A DNA stretch of 64,000 bases from an uncultured Planctomycetota bacterium (lineage in GTDB: Bacteria; Planctomycetota; Planctomycetia; Isosphaerales; Isosphaeraceae). Below, in pieces: positions 41,849 to 51,755 of the stretch. The translations under genes were made by a program, and so were the position numbers. Under the pieces are notes generated by a model. That model was given only the letters and a program-made list of their open reading frames with translations, searched no databases and had not been told where the DNA came from. The stretch is taken from contig CAWJTV010000037.1 of NCBI GenBank assembly GCA_963845755.1, positions 32,001-96,000 on the forward strand, given 5' to 3'. Position 1 is the stretch's first letter. Each line of letters starts with the position of its first letter.

Positions 41849-43142
41849 GCGGTTCGAGATCGGCGCCGATGTGCGAGACATGTGCCAGGATCCGTTGAGG
41901 CGTGCGGATGTCGAGGGCGCCAAGGGACGAGTCCATGGGCAGCTCGATTCCGCGGCCACCGACGGCGAGCGACTGGTGATCGCGCCGCAGGTGCGGCCCG
42001 TCGAGAGGCATGTGTCCTGCGTGGGTCGCCCATCGGCCGGCGACCTGCTCGAGGGCCTCCGCAAGCTCGTCGGCCGACCCATGGCGATCGGCGGCGTCGC
42101 GCGCCATGGCCTTGAGGATGATCGACTCATGTTCCTCGGGGAACCCCGGCCGGACCTCGCGCGGTCGCCGCGGCGGCGTGCTGGCGAGGTACGCCGGCAA
42201 CGAGGGCAGCGTCACGTGATCCGGGACCTGGAAGGGACGCTCGAGCGTCAGGGCCTCGAAGAGCGTGACCCCCATCGAGTAGATGTCGCACCGTACCTCG
42301 TCGGCGGTGACGCGCAAAAGGCGTTCGGGCGCCATGTACATCGGAGTCCCGGCGCCGTCGCGCATCTGCTCGGTCGTGGCGATCGCCAGATCCCGGCCCA
42401 GTCCGAAATCGCACAGATAGACCCCACCCGCCCGCTGGCTGTCCAGGAGGATGTTCGCCGGCTTGATATCGCGATGTGCGATCCGCTGAAGATGCGCGTG
42501 GGACAGCGCACGCGTGGCCTTCGCCAGGATTCGCGTCATGGCTCGAAGATAGTCGGTCTCCTCCAGGGTTACGAGCTGGTGGATCGGCTGGCTCTGTGAG
42601 CCCATGGAATAGGCGAGGCGAGACTTGACGACCTCTCGGAGCGTGATCCCTTCGACGTAGGGCATGACCATGAAGAGGTAGCCGTCGACCGAGTCCAGCT
42701 CGTTGATGGTGAGCAGCGACGGACCGGCCAGACGGATGCCACGCTCCGCCTCCCGGCGGAACTGGGCGATGCGGGACGGATTGTGCGCGAGAGACGGCTT
42801 GAGGATCTTGATCGCCACGAGTTCTACGAACGGATCGCGTCGCAATGCCTTCCACACGTCGCCTTGCGCCCCTCGTCCGAGGCGCTCGAGGAGTCTGTAG
42901 GGGCCGAGCTGATACCCGCACTCCAGGGCCGGCCTGAGCCTGGGTACTTGCGGCGTTCTTGTCCGGGCCCAGGAGTTGGTCTCGGGGTTCCACCGTCGGG
43001 CGAACCGAGTTCCGGTCGAGGGTTGCTCCATGACCCAGGTGCACGAGCGGCCCGAGTCCGGATCGACGGCACTCTCCGACTCGGACGCAACCGGCGAGTC
43101 GGGCAAGAGAGGTCGGGGCTTCGAGGTCTTGGCAACCGTCAT
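41826..43142 (-). CDS. Cytoplasmic Hanks-type Ser/Thr protein kinase
   Basis: LGRGAQGDVW, VAIK, HRDIKPANIL, DFGLG, GTPMYMAPE, DIYSMG. Confidence 0.93.
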   Translation of the reverse strand: MTVAKTSKPRPLLPDSPVASESESAVDPDSGRSCTWVMEQPSTGTRFARRWNPETNSWARTRTPQVPRLRPALECGYQLGPYRLLERLGRGAQGDVWKALRRDPFVELVAIKILKPSLAHNPSRIAQFRREAERGIRLAGPSLLTINELDSVDGYLFMVMPYVEGITLREVVKSRLAYSMGSQSQPIHQLVTLEETDYLRAMTRILAKATRALSHAHLQRIAHRDIKPANILLDSQRAGGVYLCDFGLGRDLAIATTEQMRDGAGTPMYMAPERLLRVTADEVRCDIYSMGVTLFEALTLERPFQVPDHVTLPSLPAYLASTPPRRPREVRPGFPEEHESIILKAMARDAADRHGSADELAEALEQVAGRWATHAGHMPLDGPHLRRDHQSLAVGGRGIELPMDSSLGALDIRTPQRILAHVSHIGADLEPLSELPDD

Positions 43143-43554
43143 GGAACAGGTCCCCGGATTTCAGGAGATGGGATCACGCCCGCGTTCGACCACGGCGCCG
43201 GTCTTCGGCCGTGTGGGACCGGCGTCGGTCCCGACTTCCGCGTCCGTACGAGTCAACCTCCCTCACTTGCGAGAACCGGCAAATCGTCCAGTCAATCAAG
43301 GCTAGGCCAGGGACCGACTCAGGGTGTTGTGTTACCCTGCTTGTTGACGAAAAACGACAGGACGGGACGTGGAGCCCGATCCTTGACACCGGGATTCGCC
43401 AGGGTCCATGATGATCGTGCCCCTGAACCAACCCCGCTCGAAGGAAGTCGGGCTCACACTCCCGGCGGCCGAGGGATCGTGCGAGTCCGGTTGACGAGCG
43501 ACCACTGGGAACGCGTCGAGGAATGAGGACCCGGCTCCCGCCGGCCGTGCTGAC

Positions 43555-45060
43555 ATGAATGAACCTGACCGCCCCCACCAACCAGATCACGAGCACGACG
43601 ACGACCTTTATGCATTGCCACCCGATGCGATCCGGGAACCGCCGCACACGTTCTTCCGCGCGCTCCGCCAGATCGGTCCGGGGCTGATCCTGGCGGCGTC
43701 GATCGTGGGCACTGGCGAGCTGATCAATACGACCAGCCTCGGTGCCAAGGCCGGCTTCAGCCTGCTCTGGCTCATCCTCCTGTCGTGCGTCATCAAGGTC
43801 TTCGTGCAGGTGGAGCTGGGCCGATACGCCATCACGCACGGCAGGACGACGCTCGCGGCGTTCGACTCACTACCCGGCCCGCGGATCGGCGCCTCTTGGC
43901 TGTGCTGGCTCTGGCTGATCATGACGCTGACGACGCAGGCGCAGATCGCCGCGATGGAGGGGAGCGTGGGCCAGGCCGCGAACATGGCCTTCCCCAGGGC
44001 ATCGATCTCCATCGCGCTTTTCGCAGGAAACCTGGTCCCCTCCTGGGGGGGTTACCTCGCCAATCACCGGGAGCATTCCTGGGCGGCCTTGACGACATTG
44101 GCGGCGATCCTGCTCCTCCTCTCGGGTGGTTACAAGCGGTTGGAGAAGATCACGACGGTCCTGGTCGCGGCGGTGACGCTGTTCACCGTGGTGAGCGTCC
44201 TGATCCTGCAATGGACGAAGTTTCGCATCACGTGGCCCGACCTGGGCGGGGGGTTCGAGCTGGCCGTCCCCTCGGCCACTCTGGCACTGGCGTTCTCGGC
44301 GTTCGGGATCACGGGGGTCGGGGCCTCGGAGCTGGTCGCCTATCCGTATTGGTGCATCGAGAAGGGCTATGCGCGCTACGTCGGGGAGAGGGACGATCGG
44401 CCGGCGTGGGCCCATCGCGCACGGGGGTGGATCCGCGTCATGCAGCTCGATGCCTGGTTCAGCATGGTCGTCTTCACGGTGGCTACGATCGCGTTCTACT
44501 TCCTCGGTGCCGCCGTCCTGCATCCCCAGAAACTCGATCCCAAGGGTCCGGAGATGATCCCGATCCTGTCGCAGATGTACTCGAGGCCGCTCGAGGGGAC
44601 CCCCCTGGCATGGCTCCGGCCGTTCACACACCTCGGCTTCCTGCTCGGGGCCTGGGGCGTCCTCTTCAAGACGCTGTACGTCGCCACGGCCGCCAACAGT
44701 CGCCTGACGGCGGACTTCCTCCACCTGGTCGGTGTCTGGCACCCGCGTAAACCCGCGGACCGAGAACGCATGGTCAAGTTCTTCTGCGTGGCTTATCCGA
44801 CCCTCTCTTTAGGCCTGTATTACGCCTTCCGCGAGCCCCAGAGCCTCATCAAAGCGGGCGGAATTGCCCAGGCCCTGATGCTGCCATTCATCGCCGGCGC
44901 GACGATCTACCTCCGCCGGCGAGATACCGATCGCCGGGTCGGGCCCTCGGCGCTGAGCGACGGGCTCACCTGGGTTGCGTTCCTGGCCATCTCCGCCGTC
45001 GCGCTCTACAGCATGTACGACCAGCTTCACGGGTTGATCGCCGGCCTCTTCTCGCATTGA
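43555..45060 (+). CDS. Nramp/MntH-like family transporter
   Basis: IGPGLILAASIVGTGEL, K..VQVELGRY, FGITGVGASE...YPYWC.EKGY; about 11 TMs. Confidence 0.85.
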   Translation: MNEPDRPHQPDHEHDDDLYALPPDAIREPPHTFFRALRQIGPGLILAASIVGTGELINTTSLGAKAGFSLLWLILLSCVIKVFVQVELGRYAITHGRTTLAAFDSLPGPRIGASWLCWLWLIMTLTTQAQIAAMEGSVGQAANMAFPRASISIALFAGNLVPSWGGYLANHREHSWAALTTLAAILLLLSGGYKRLEKITTVLVAAVTLFTVVSVLILQWTKFRITWPDLGGGFELAVPSATLALAFSAFGITGVGASELVAYPYWCIEKGYARYVGERDDRPAWAHRARGWIRVMQLDAWFSMVVFTVATIAFYFLGAAVLHPQKLDPKGPEMIPILSQMYSRPLEGTPLAWLRPFTHLGFLLGAWGVLFKTLYVATAANSRLTADFLHLVGVWHPRKPADRERMVKFFCVAYPTLSLGLYYAFREPQSLIKAGGIAQALMLPFIAGATIYLRRRDTDRRVGPSALSDGLTWVAFLAISAVALYSMYDQLHGLIAGLFSH

Positions 45061-45290
45061 CGACCGCTCTCGCCCCGACTCCCCACCAGGAGTACAATTG
45101 AGTTTGCGACACCGCCCCGGACGGGATGGCCGTTCCTCGGTTTCTGGAGCCGTTCCTGGCAATCACCAGGGATTGCGTTGACGGGTGCGAGGAAATGACG
45201 GGATTGCCAACTCCCGGGACAATTGCCTGGACGCTCATTACCCCCGCAAGGAAGACGTGCTCTGATGTTACTCAAGGATGGATCTCGCCC

Positions 45291-47978
45291 GTGATTCGCA
45301 CCCTGCTCGCCGGCCGATACGTCGCGTTCATCGCGGTCGTTGTCCTCCTCGTCGCGCTGGGGCTCTGGGGCCGGCGCGTCAGCTACGAGCAGTCGATCAA
45401 CTCGTTCTTTGCCGAGGATGACCCGTACATGCGGGTCTATCAGCAGGCGGCGAAGACCTTCGGGGACGATAACTTCGTCTTCGTGGCCTATGACGATCCC
45501 GAGCTACTCACGCCGCAGGGGCTGGACCGCGTCTCGGAGCTGGCCGAGGCCATCGGACATGATCGCATCGAGGGCGTGCAGCGCGTCGAGTCGCTCGACG
45601 CGATGCCGCTCCTCTGGGCCGTCGACGACACTTTGTTGATGCTCGACCGCCTGCCGGACTTCCTCCGGAAACGAGCACTCGAGACGGCGAAATCCACGAT
45701 CAAGAACATCGACCTGAAGACCAACGCCATGACGGTCAGAGGGGCGGTCCGGGCTTCGTCATCGAATCCGGCGGCCCTGTCGGTATTGAAGGATCGCCTG
45801 ACACGACATCCGCTGTTCGTCGGGACCCTGATCGACTCCAGCGGGACGACCACGGCCGTGGTGGCGCGGTTGAAGAAGACGAACGAGCACAACGTGATCG
45901 CGACCGTCGCCGCGCTGCGGGAGGCCGCCGATGCGTTCGCGGCGCACCACGGGCTGGGTCGCCCTGCGGTCGTTGGTCCGCCGGTGCTCCTGGCCGACGG
46001 CTTCGCGGCGATCGAAGTCGACGGCCGTCGTCTGGCGGTCATCGGCATGATCCTGATCGGCGTGGTGACGCTCACGGCCGTACGTAGCGTCTGGTGGGCG
46101 ATCGTGCCGATGCTCGCCGGTTGGGTGATCTGGCTGGCGACCGAGGAAATCCTGGCGCGGTTCGGGATCAAGCTGGCACTCTCGGGCGGCCCTCTGGTGG
46201 CGCAGATCATCGTCCTGACGATGCCGGCGGCCAGCCACCTGGCAATCCACTTCCGGGACGACCGCCGCCGCGAGGCCGACCCGCGCCGGGCCGCCGGAGC
46301 GACCCTGGCCTCGGTCGCCGCGCCGATCCTCTGGACGGCGATCACCGGCGCCATCGGGTACGGGGCGCTCGTCACCAGCGACGTCATGCCGGTCCGTCAG
46401 TTCGGGGCCATCCTCGGGACCTGCACCCTCGGCGCCGCCCTCCTGGTGATGCTGATCTCGCCGATCGCCATGCTCCCCCCCTTCCGCCTGGAGCTGCCCG
46501 TGCGGTACGGCTCGCGGTCGCGCGTGGCCGGGGCTATGAACCGGCTGATCCACTGGGTGCACCGTCACCCGATCGCGATTGTGGCCTCGGTCGCGGCCGT
46601 CGTCCTGCCTCTCTCCGCGGGACTCGTCCGGCTTCAATACGAGACGAACTATATCAATCTCTTCCGCCCGACAACGCGCGTCGTGCGCGATTATCACACG
46701 GTAGAGTCTCGACTCGGGGGGATCGGTCTGGTGGAGTTGGTGGCTCCCGTGGGTCCCAAACTCACGCCCGAGATCCTCGGCAAGTTGAGGGGCGTCGAGG
46801 AGCGGATCCGGGCGATCCGCGTGACCGACCCGAAAGCCGTGGCGCAGGTGCTTTCGCCGGCGACGGTGCTCGACCCCGACGCCAGGCTGGCCGCCCTCCC
46901 GGCCGACCGCCGGAGCCGCCTCCTGACTGACAAGCTGGACCTGATCGCCGCCTCGCCCCAGGGCGAGTTGCTCCGCAGCTTCTGGAACGCCGATGCGGGT
47001 ATGACCCGCCTGCTCATCCGACTCAAGGAGCAACAGCCGGCCCCCGACAAGGCGCGGATCTTCCGTCATGCAACCGAGGAGGCCGCCCGGGATTTCGGGC
47101 CCACGTCTTACTCCGGCTACAACCTACGCATCGTCGAATCCACGAGCATCGCGAAGGCGCTGCCGAGCGAAGGCAACCGTGTGATCATCGTCGCGATTGT
47201 CGGTCGGTTGCTCCACTTCCGGATCTTCGACAGAGATGGCAACCTGGTCGCGAACACCGATGAGACACGGCTCAGCGATCAATCGCCTCGGATCGAAGAT
47301 CTCAGAGCGGAGCTCGATCGTTTTCGACCTCCACATGGGCCGCCGATGAAAAGCGACGAATCGCGGATCATCTCCGCGGTCGCGGCCATCGTCGGTCATA
47401 GCCCGCATCTGACCGGGCTCTCGCTCCTCATGACCCGGACGACCGAGGCCATCATCACCACGCAATGGGGGACGTTCCTCTGGTCGGCGCTGGGAATCTT
47501 CTTGATGCTGACCCTGGCGTTCCGGAGTCCGGTGCTCGCGGTGCTGGCGATCCTGCCGACGTTATTATCCGTCGCCCTCGTGCTCGGACTGATGGGTTGG
47601 CTCGGCATCCAGCTCGATATGGCGACCGCACTGGTTGCCAGCGTGGCGCTCGGCCTGTCGGTCGACGATACGTTCCATTGCCTGCTCCAGTTTCACCGGC
47701 ATCGCAAGACCCGCCGGTTCCGGCGCCGGTTGTTCGAGAGCTATCGAGTGAGCGGCCCCGGAGTGATCCTTTCCAGCCTGGCGGTCGCGATCGGCTTTGC
47801 CGCGCTGCGGGCCAGCGAGTTCGAGCCGTTCGTCAACTTCGGGACCATGGTTGGCATCGCCACGGCCGGCAGCACGCTCGGCAACCTGGTGCTGCTGCCC
47901 GCGTGCTTGACCCTGGGGCGTCGGTGGGGCACGAAGGCGAAGAGGCCCGGGACCGTGCCGGTCCCGGTCGATGCCTGA
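45291..47978 (+). CDS. MMPL/RND family transporter containing a ~99-aa insertion
   Basis: Two 1+5 TM repeats with periplasmic loops; TFGDD, SVALGLSVDDTFH, NFG, NLVLLPACL. Confidence 0.88.
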   Translation: MIRTLLAGRYVAFIAVVVLLVALGLWGRRVSYEQSINSFFAEDDPYMRVYQQAAKTFGDDNFVFVAYDDPELLTPQGLDRVSELAEAIGHDRIEGVQRVESLDAMPLLWAVDDTLLMLDRLPDFLRKRALETAKSTIKNIDLKTNAMTVRGAVRASSSNPAALSVLKDRLTRHPLFVGTLIDSSGTTTAVVARLKKTNEHNVIATVAALREAADAFAAHHGLGRPAVVGPPVLLADGFAAIEVDGRRLAVIGMILIGVVTLTAVRSVWWAIVPMLAGWVIWLATEEILARFGIKLALSGGPLVAQIIVLTMPAASHLAIHFRDDRRREADPRRAAGATLASVAAPILWTAITGAIGYGALVTSDVMPVRQFGAILGTCTLGAALLVMLISPIAMLPPFRLELPVRYGSRSRVAGAMNRLIHWVHRHPIAIVASVAAVVLPLSAGLVRLQYETNYINLFRPTTRVVRDYHTVESRLGGIGLVELVAPVGPKLTPEILGKLRGVEERIRAIRVTDPKAVAQVLSPATVLDPDARLAALPADRRSRLLTDKLDLIAASPQGELLRSFWNADAGMTRLLIRLKEQQPAPDKARIFRHATEEAARDFGPTSYSGYNLRIVESTSIAKALPSEGNRVIIVAIVGRLLHFRIFDRDGNLVANTDETRLSDQSPRIEDLRAELDRFRPPHGPPMKSDESRIISAVAAIVGHSPHLTGLSLLMTRTTEAIITTQWGTFLWSALGIFLMLTLAFRSPVLAVLAILPTLLSVALVLGLMGWLGIQLDMATALVASVALGLSVDDTFHCLLQFHRHRKTRRFRRRLFESYRVSGPGVILSSLAVAIGFAALRASEFEPFVNFGTMVGIATAGSTLGNLVLLPACLTLGRRWGTKAKRPGTVPVPVDA

Positions 47979-48068
47979 AAGTGCGACGGTGGTCGGCCTC
48001 ATGCACGATGGCCGGAATCCGGACCGATGAGTCGGTCCTCCGTTTCCCTCGCGTCGGCAGTCGTCAAC

Positions 48069-49289
48069 TCATTCGACCAGGCCGAAGCTCGACTTGCTCG
48101 CGACCGAGCTGTTGTAATTGATGTCGATCCCACTGGCTCCCGAGAACGCAACCTTGTTGACGATGAACTGCGAGCCGAAATTCGCGACACCGCTGCTGCC
48201 GCTCAGGTTCAGGGTGGCACTCGGGAAGTAGAAAGTGCCGGAGTTGTTGATGTCGGACCCTCCGGACATCGAGACGCTGTTGGTATTGGCCCGGTCCTGG
48301 AACATCGTGATTCCGGCATAGGTGCCACTGGTCATGGGACTCAACGAGATCCCACTGGTGCCGCTCAGGTTGATCGAGCCGCTCCCGGTGTTGTAGATGA
48401 ACACGCCGTTTCCGCTGATGTCGGTCGCCCCGCTCATGTTGATCCCGCCGTTTTTGATGTAGTAGATTCCCGGATTGAGCGTGATCGACGAGGAACCGCT
48501 CAGATCGATCCCGCCGTTGTAGACGCCGGGATTCAATGTGCGGGATGTCGTACCCGAGAGGTTGATCGCGGAGCTGCTCTGGACGGTCATACCTGTGGAG
48601 CTGGGAGCCGGGATACTCGCCAGCGGGTCGGGGGTATTCGGCTGACTGTAATTCGTGACCGTGGCCTTATTGGGATTGGATCCCGAGAAAAGGATCCTCC
48701 CCGAAAGATCGAGCTCCGGCGTCGTGATGGAAGGTGAGCCTGACGAGACGATCGACGAAGAAGAGGTCGAATCGACCACGATACTGCCATTGACGGCGGT
48801 GACCTGCGTCGTACCCGAGAGCGTGACCGAGGAACCCGAGGAAGCCAGAACCAGGAGGGCAGCGGTCGAGTAGGGGGTCGATACCCCCCGCGCGACGGCG
48901 CTGGCCGTGACCGACATCGTACCGGATCCCCAGAGACCGCTGAAGAATCGCGGTTGGCTGCCGGTGACCGACACGGCGACATACCCCGTCCGAGGGGAGG
49001 TCACCTGGGATGAGGTGATGGTGTATCCGTTCTGCGTACCGATCGCGATTGCCGACTTCTGGGCCACGGTGAAGTTGGAGCCATTGTACATCTGATACGC
49101 GCCGGCCAGTGCGGCGGCGTCGGCGACCGACTGCGCCTTCTGCCGCTGGAGATACATCAGCCCCCCGTCGAGTGCGAGCGCCATGACGCCCACGACCACG
49201 GGTAAGAGGACAGCCGCCATCACCAGGACCATTCCGCGTCGCGAGGTCACATCCCGGGAAATCGCGTGTCGTGTCAACATCGTTCGCAT
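48069..49289 (-). CDS. tadG: TadG-like pseudopilin with a Ser/Gly-rich repetitive C-terminal domain
   Basis: RRG|MVLV prepilin site, ALALDGG...AQSVADAAALAGA Tad motif; LNPGVY/LNPGIY and INLSG repeats. Confidence 0.85.
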   Translation of the reverse strand: MRTMLTRHAISRDVTSRRGMVLVMAAVLLPVVVGVMALALDGGLMYLQRQKAQSVADAAALAGAYQMYNGSNFTVAQKSAIAIGTQNGYTITSSQVTSPRTGYVAVSVTGSQPRFFSGLWGSGTMSVTASAVARGVSTPYSTAALLVLASSGSSVTLSGTTQVTAVNGSIVVDSTSSSSIVSSGSPSITTPELDLSGRILFSGSNPNKATVTNYSQPNTPDPLASIPAPSSTGMTVQSSSAINLSGTTSRTLNPGVYNGGIDLSGSSSITLNPGIYYIKNGGINMSGATDISGNGVFIYNTGSGSINLSGTSGISLSPMTSGTYAGITMFQDRANTNSVSMSGGSDINNSGTFYFPSATLNLSGSSGVANFGSQFIVNKVAFSGASGIDINYNSSVASKSSFGLVE

Positions 49290-49293
49290 ACCC

Positions 49294-49707
49294 CTAGTAG
49301 GTCACCGGCATGGTCGAGGTCGCGTTCCACGTCATGACGCCGAAGACCCCTGCAGGTGTCCACGTGTAAGTGAGTGTCACGCTGACAGTGCATGGCAAGG
49401 TCGCGGCCGAGTAGGTGACATTGGTGCAGTTCAGACCCTTGAGACCGACCGATAGACTCTGGACCTCGGTCAGGACGGTCGAAGTCGTTGCCATGGACTG
49501 ACCGTTTTCCGACGCGTAGGTCGGGCCGTGGACCGACGCGTATCGCGAGCCCTCGCGGGCCAGGAACTGGAGCTGCTGGTAGTTGAAGACCCCGACGCCG
49601 CCGACGATCGTGCCTATGAGCAAGAGCATGGTCACCGGGTAGACCAACGCGCATTCGAGGATCGTTGTGCCGCGACGGTGCTTCGCGTTGTGCACCCGAT
49701 GAATCAT
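49294..49707 (-). CDS. tadE: TadE-like pseudopilin
   Basis: RRG|TTILECALVYP...LAREGSRYASVHG. Confidence 0.88.
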   Translation of the reverse strand: MIHRVHNAKHRRGTTILECALVYPVTMLLLIGTIVGGVGVFNYQQLQFLAREGSRYASVHGPTYASENGQSMATTSTVLTEVQSLSVGLKGLNCTNVTYSAATLPCTVSVTLTYTWTPAGVFGVMTWNATSTMPVTY

Positions 49708-49756
49708 GAGTTTCAAACCCTCGCACGAGTGAGGACCGAGCGTCGGGCCGCGGGGC

Positions 49757-50230
49757 TCAGGGCACAGGTGCGGTCGACGCCGGGAAGGGCATGGAGACGG
49801 ACTGAGTCAGCGTGATCGAGCTTCCGATCGAGGGAAGACCCTGGTTGGATCCGAGCATCAAGAGCGGGAAATTGCATTGGACCTTGACGGTGACGTAGTT
49901 ATTCGTGCCGGCCTGCGGCGAGTAGGGGTTAGCGTTGCCCCCGGAGCTACTGGGGATCGTGATGCTCAGGTTGCCGGCATCGGCTTGCACGGCTGTTGAC
50001 AGACTGGTCCAGTTCGAGGGCAGCGAGTTGCCGCTCGCACTGTAGAATTCGTAAAGTGCTCCGTTCCGGGCACAGTTCTGGAGGATCACCAGGGCATACG
50101 CCACCCTGGCAAAATCGATCGCGGCCATGCAGACGAAGACGAGCAAGGGGAGCAGCAGGGCGAGCTCAACCGCAGCCACTCCCCGTCGTTTCTTTCGTTG
50201 CCCCGCGAATCGTGGGCATGATCTCGTCAT
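49757..50230 (-). CDS. tadE: TadE-like pseudopilin
   Basis: RRG|VAAVELALLLP...IDFAR...NCARNGALY. Confidence 0.88.
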   Translation of the reverse strand: MTRSCPRFAGQRKKRRGVAAVELALLLPLLVFVCMAAIDFARVAYALVILQNCARNGALYEFYSASGNSLPSNWTSLSTAVQADAGNLSITIPSSSGGNANPYSPQAGTNNYVTVKVQCNFPLLMLGSNQGLPSIGSSITLTQSVSMPFPASTAPVP

Positions 50231-50712
50231 GGCTAGGATCGAACCAGGGTTCTCGGGAAATTCGCCCGGTACGGACCGACCCGCCTCGGCCCGCTAGACC
50301 GTCGAGGCAATCTGCTGCTCCCAGAGTAAACCTAGGCCGCATTTCAGTCGGCCACCAATCCTGTTGCGTTTCGAGGAGATCCGCGTGCGCGCCGGGCCTC
50401 ACAATACTTCGCGCCTGCGGCTTCGACGTGAGCGGGAACTCCGTGCCGGGCACGGGTTCCGACGAGCGCACCCGATTCCCGATCTCATTGGGTGGGCATG
50501 GCTGAAGTGATTCCTTTGTTGATCGAAAGAAACAGCATCCCGTTCAAGAATGCGACAAGACCGGCGGTCTGTCCACATAATGCAGCGCAATGTTGCAACA
50601 CAAGAGAAGACGATCCTGGCCGGTTTTCGGCCTCGTTTTCGGCGAGATCAATCTGCTTATCCAGGATATCAAGAGAATTCGAAATCAGGAATCCGCTTGC
50701 AGGGCGTGAGCC

Positions 50713-51735
50713 TCATGCGGAAGGTGCTCGATAGGGCGAGTCGCGGAGCGAGACCACGTGTCCCGTATCGGCGGCCTGCTGGGCCTTGATCGCGATCTCC
50801 GTAATGCGACAGGCCTCGTGCAACGCGATCGGACACGTCGTCTCACCACGCAGCGAGCGCGCGAACAGAGTGAAGATGTCAGTCTGGGGTGTCAGGGGGA
50901 GCGAGCGTGCTCGTTTGTCGGCGACGATCAGCGTCGCCTTGCGTTCGACGAGTGCGGTCTCGATGACGCCGCGAGAACCGGCGATCCGTAGTCGTTCGTC
51001 TCCGTGAGTGGGCGCGGATTCCGGCGCAGATAGTCGAGCGTGACCGAGGCCACCCCGCCGTTGCCCATCGAGAGCAGGAAGGCGGCCTGACTGCCACAGG
51101 CCGGGAAGTCTGGCCGAGCGGCGGTCCCCTCGCGTCCCTGCACTTCGGTAAACACATCGCCGAGGATCCAGTGCAGCCAATCGAAGGCGTGGATGCCAAC
51201 CCAGGGAGCGAGACCGGGGAAGGTCTTGCGGCTCCGGTAGAAATCCGGGCGGCTCTTGCCCCATTTATACGTCTTCTGGCTGAAGCTCATCAGCGATTCG
51301 CCGATGTCCCCGGCGCGGCACGGCCTGATGCACGGCGGCCAGCTCCGCCACACTCCGCATCGTGTGCATCGGCACCAGGGCCACCTTCGACTTCTGTGCG
51401 GCATGGTAGAGCCCTTCCAGCGCGGGCAGATCCATCGCCAGCGGCTTCTCTGCCATGACCGGCAGTCCGCGTTCCAGGCACTTGAGGGCCCAGGCCGGGA
51501 TCCGGTCATTGCGGCCAGTGACCTGCACCACGTCCAGCCGCTCGGTCTCGAGCATCTTCTGGGCATCGTCGTGACGGCGCGTGTCCACCGACAGGCCGGG
51601 GGCATGGTCGAATGAGCCAAGGGTTTCTTCCGGCCCGGCAGTGGCAACCGCGACGAGCGTCAAACCGGGAACCTGCTTCAGGGCCGGTGCGTAGGTATGC
51701 CAGTGTCCCGTCGAGCCGATCAGTCCCAGTCGCAT
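50713..51735 (-). CDS. Gfo/Idh/MocA family oxidoreductase; frameshifts near 51315 and 51025
   Basis: MRLGLIGSTGH Rossmann start, AEKPLA, GIHAFDWL, HGDERLRIAGSRG, across three frames. Confidence 0.85.
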
Positions 51736-51755
51736 GGCGCTCCTTTCCAGGTCAT

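Noticed and set aside
47112..47408. Intein as the explanation of the MMPL insert
   Set aside because: No block B TxxH, no C-terminal HN, and the +1 residue is Leu.
50231..50520. c-di-GMP riboswitch before the tad genes
   Set aside because: Hairpins are present, but the GGCAAA/GCAAA (class I) and class II consensus elements are absent.
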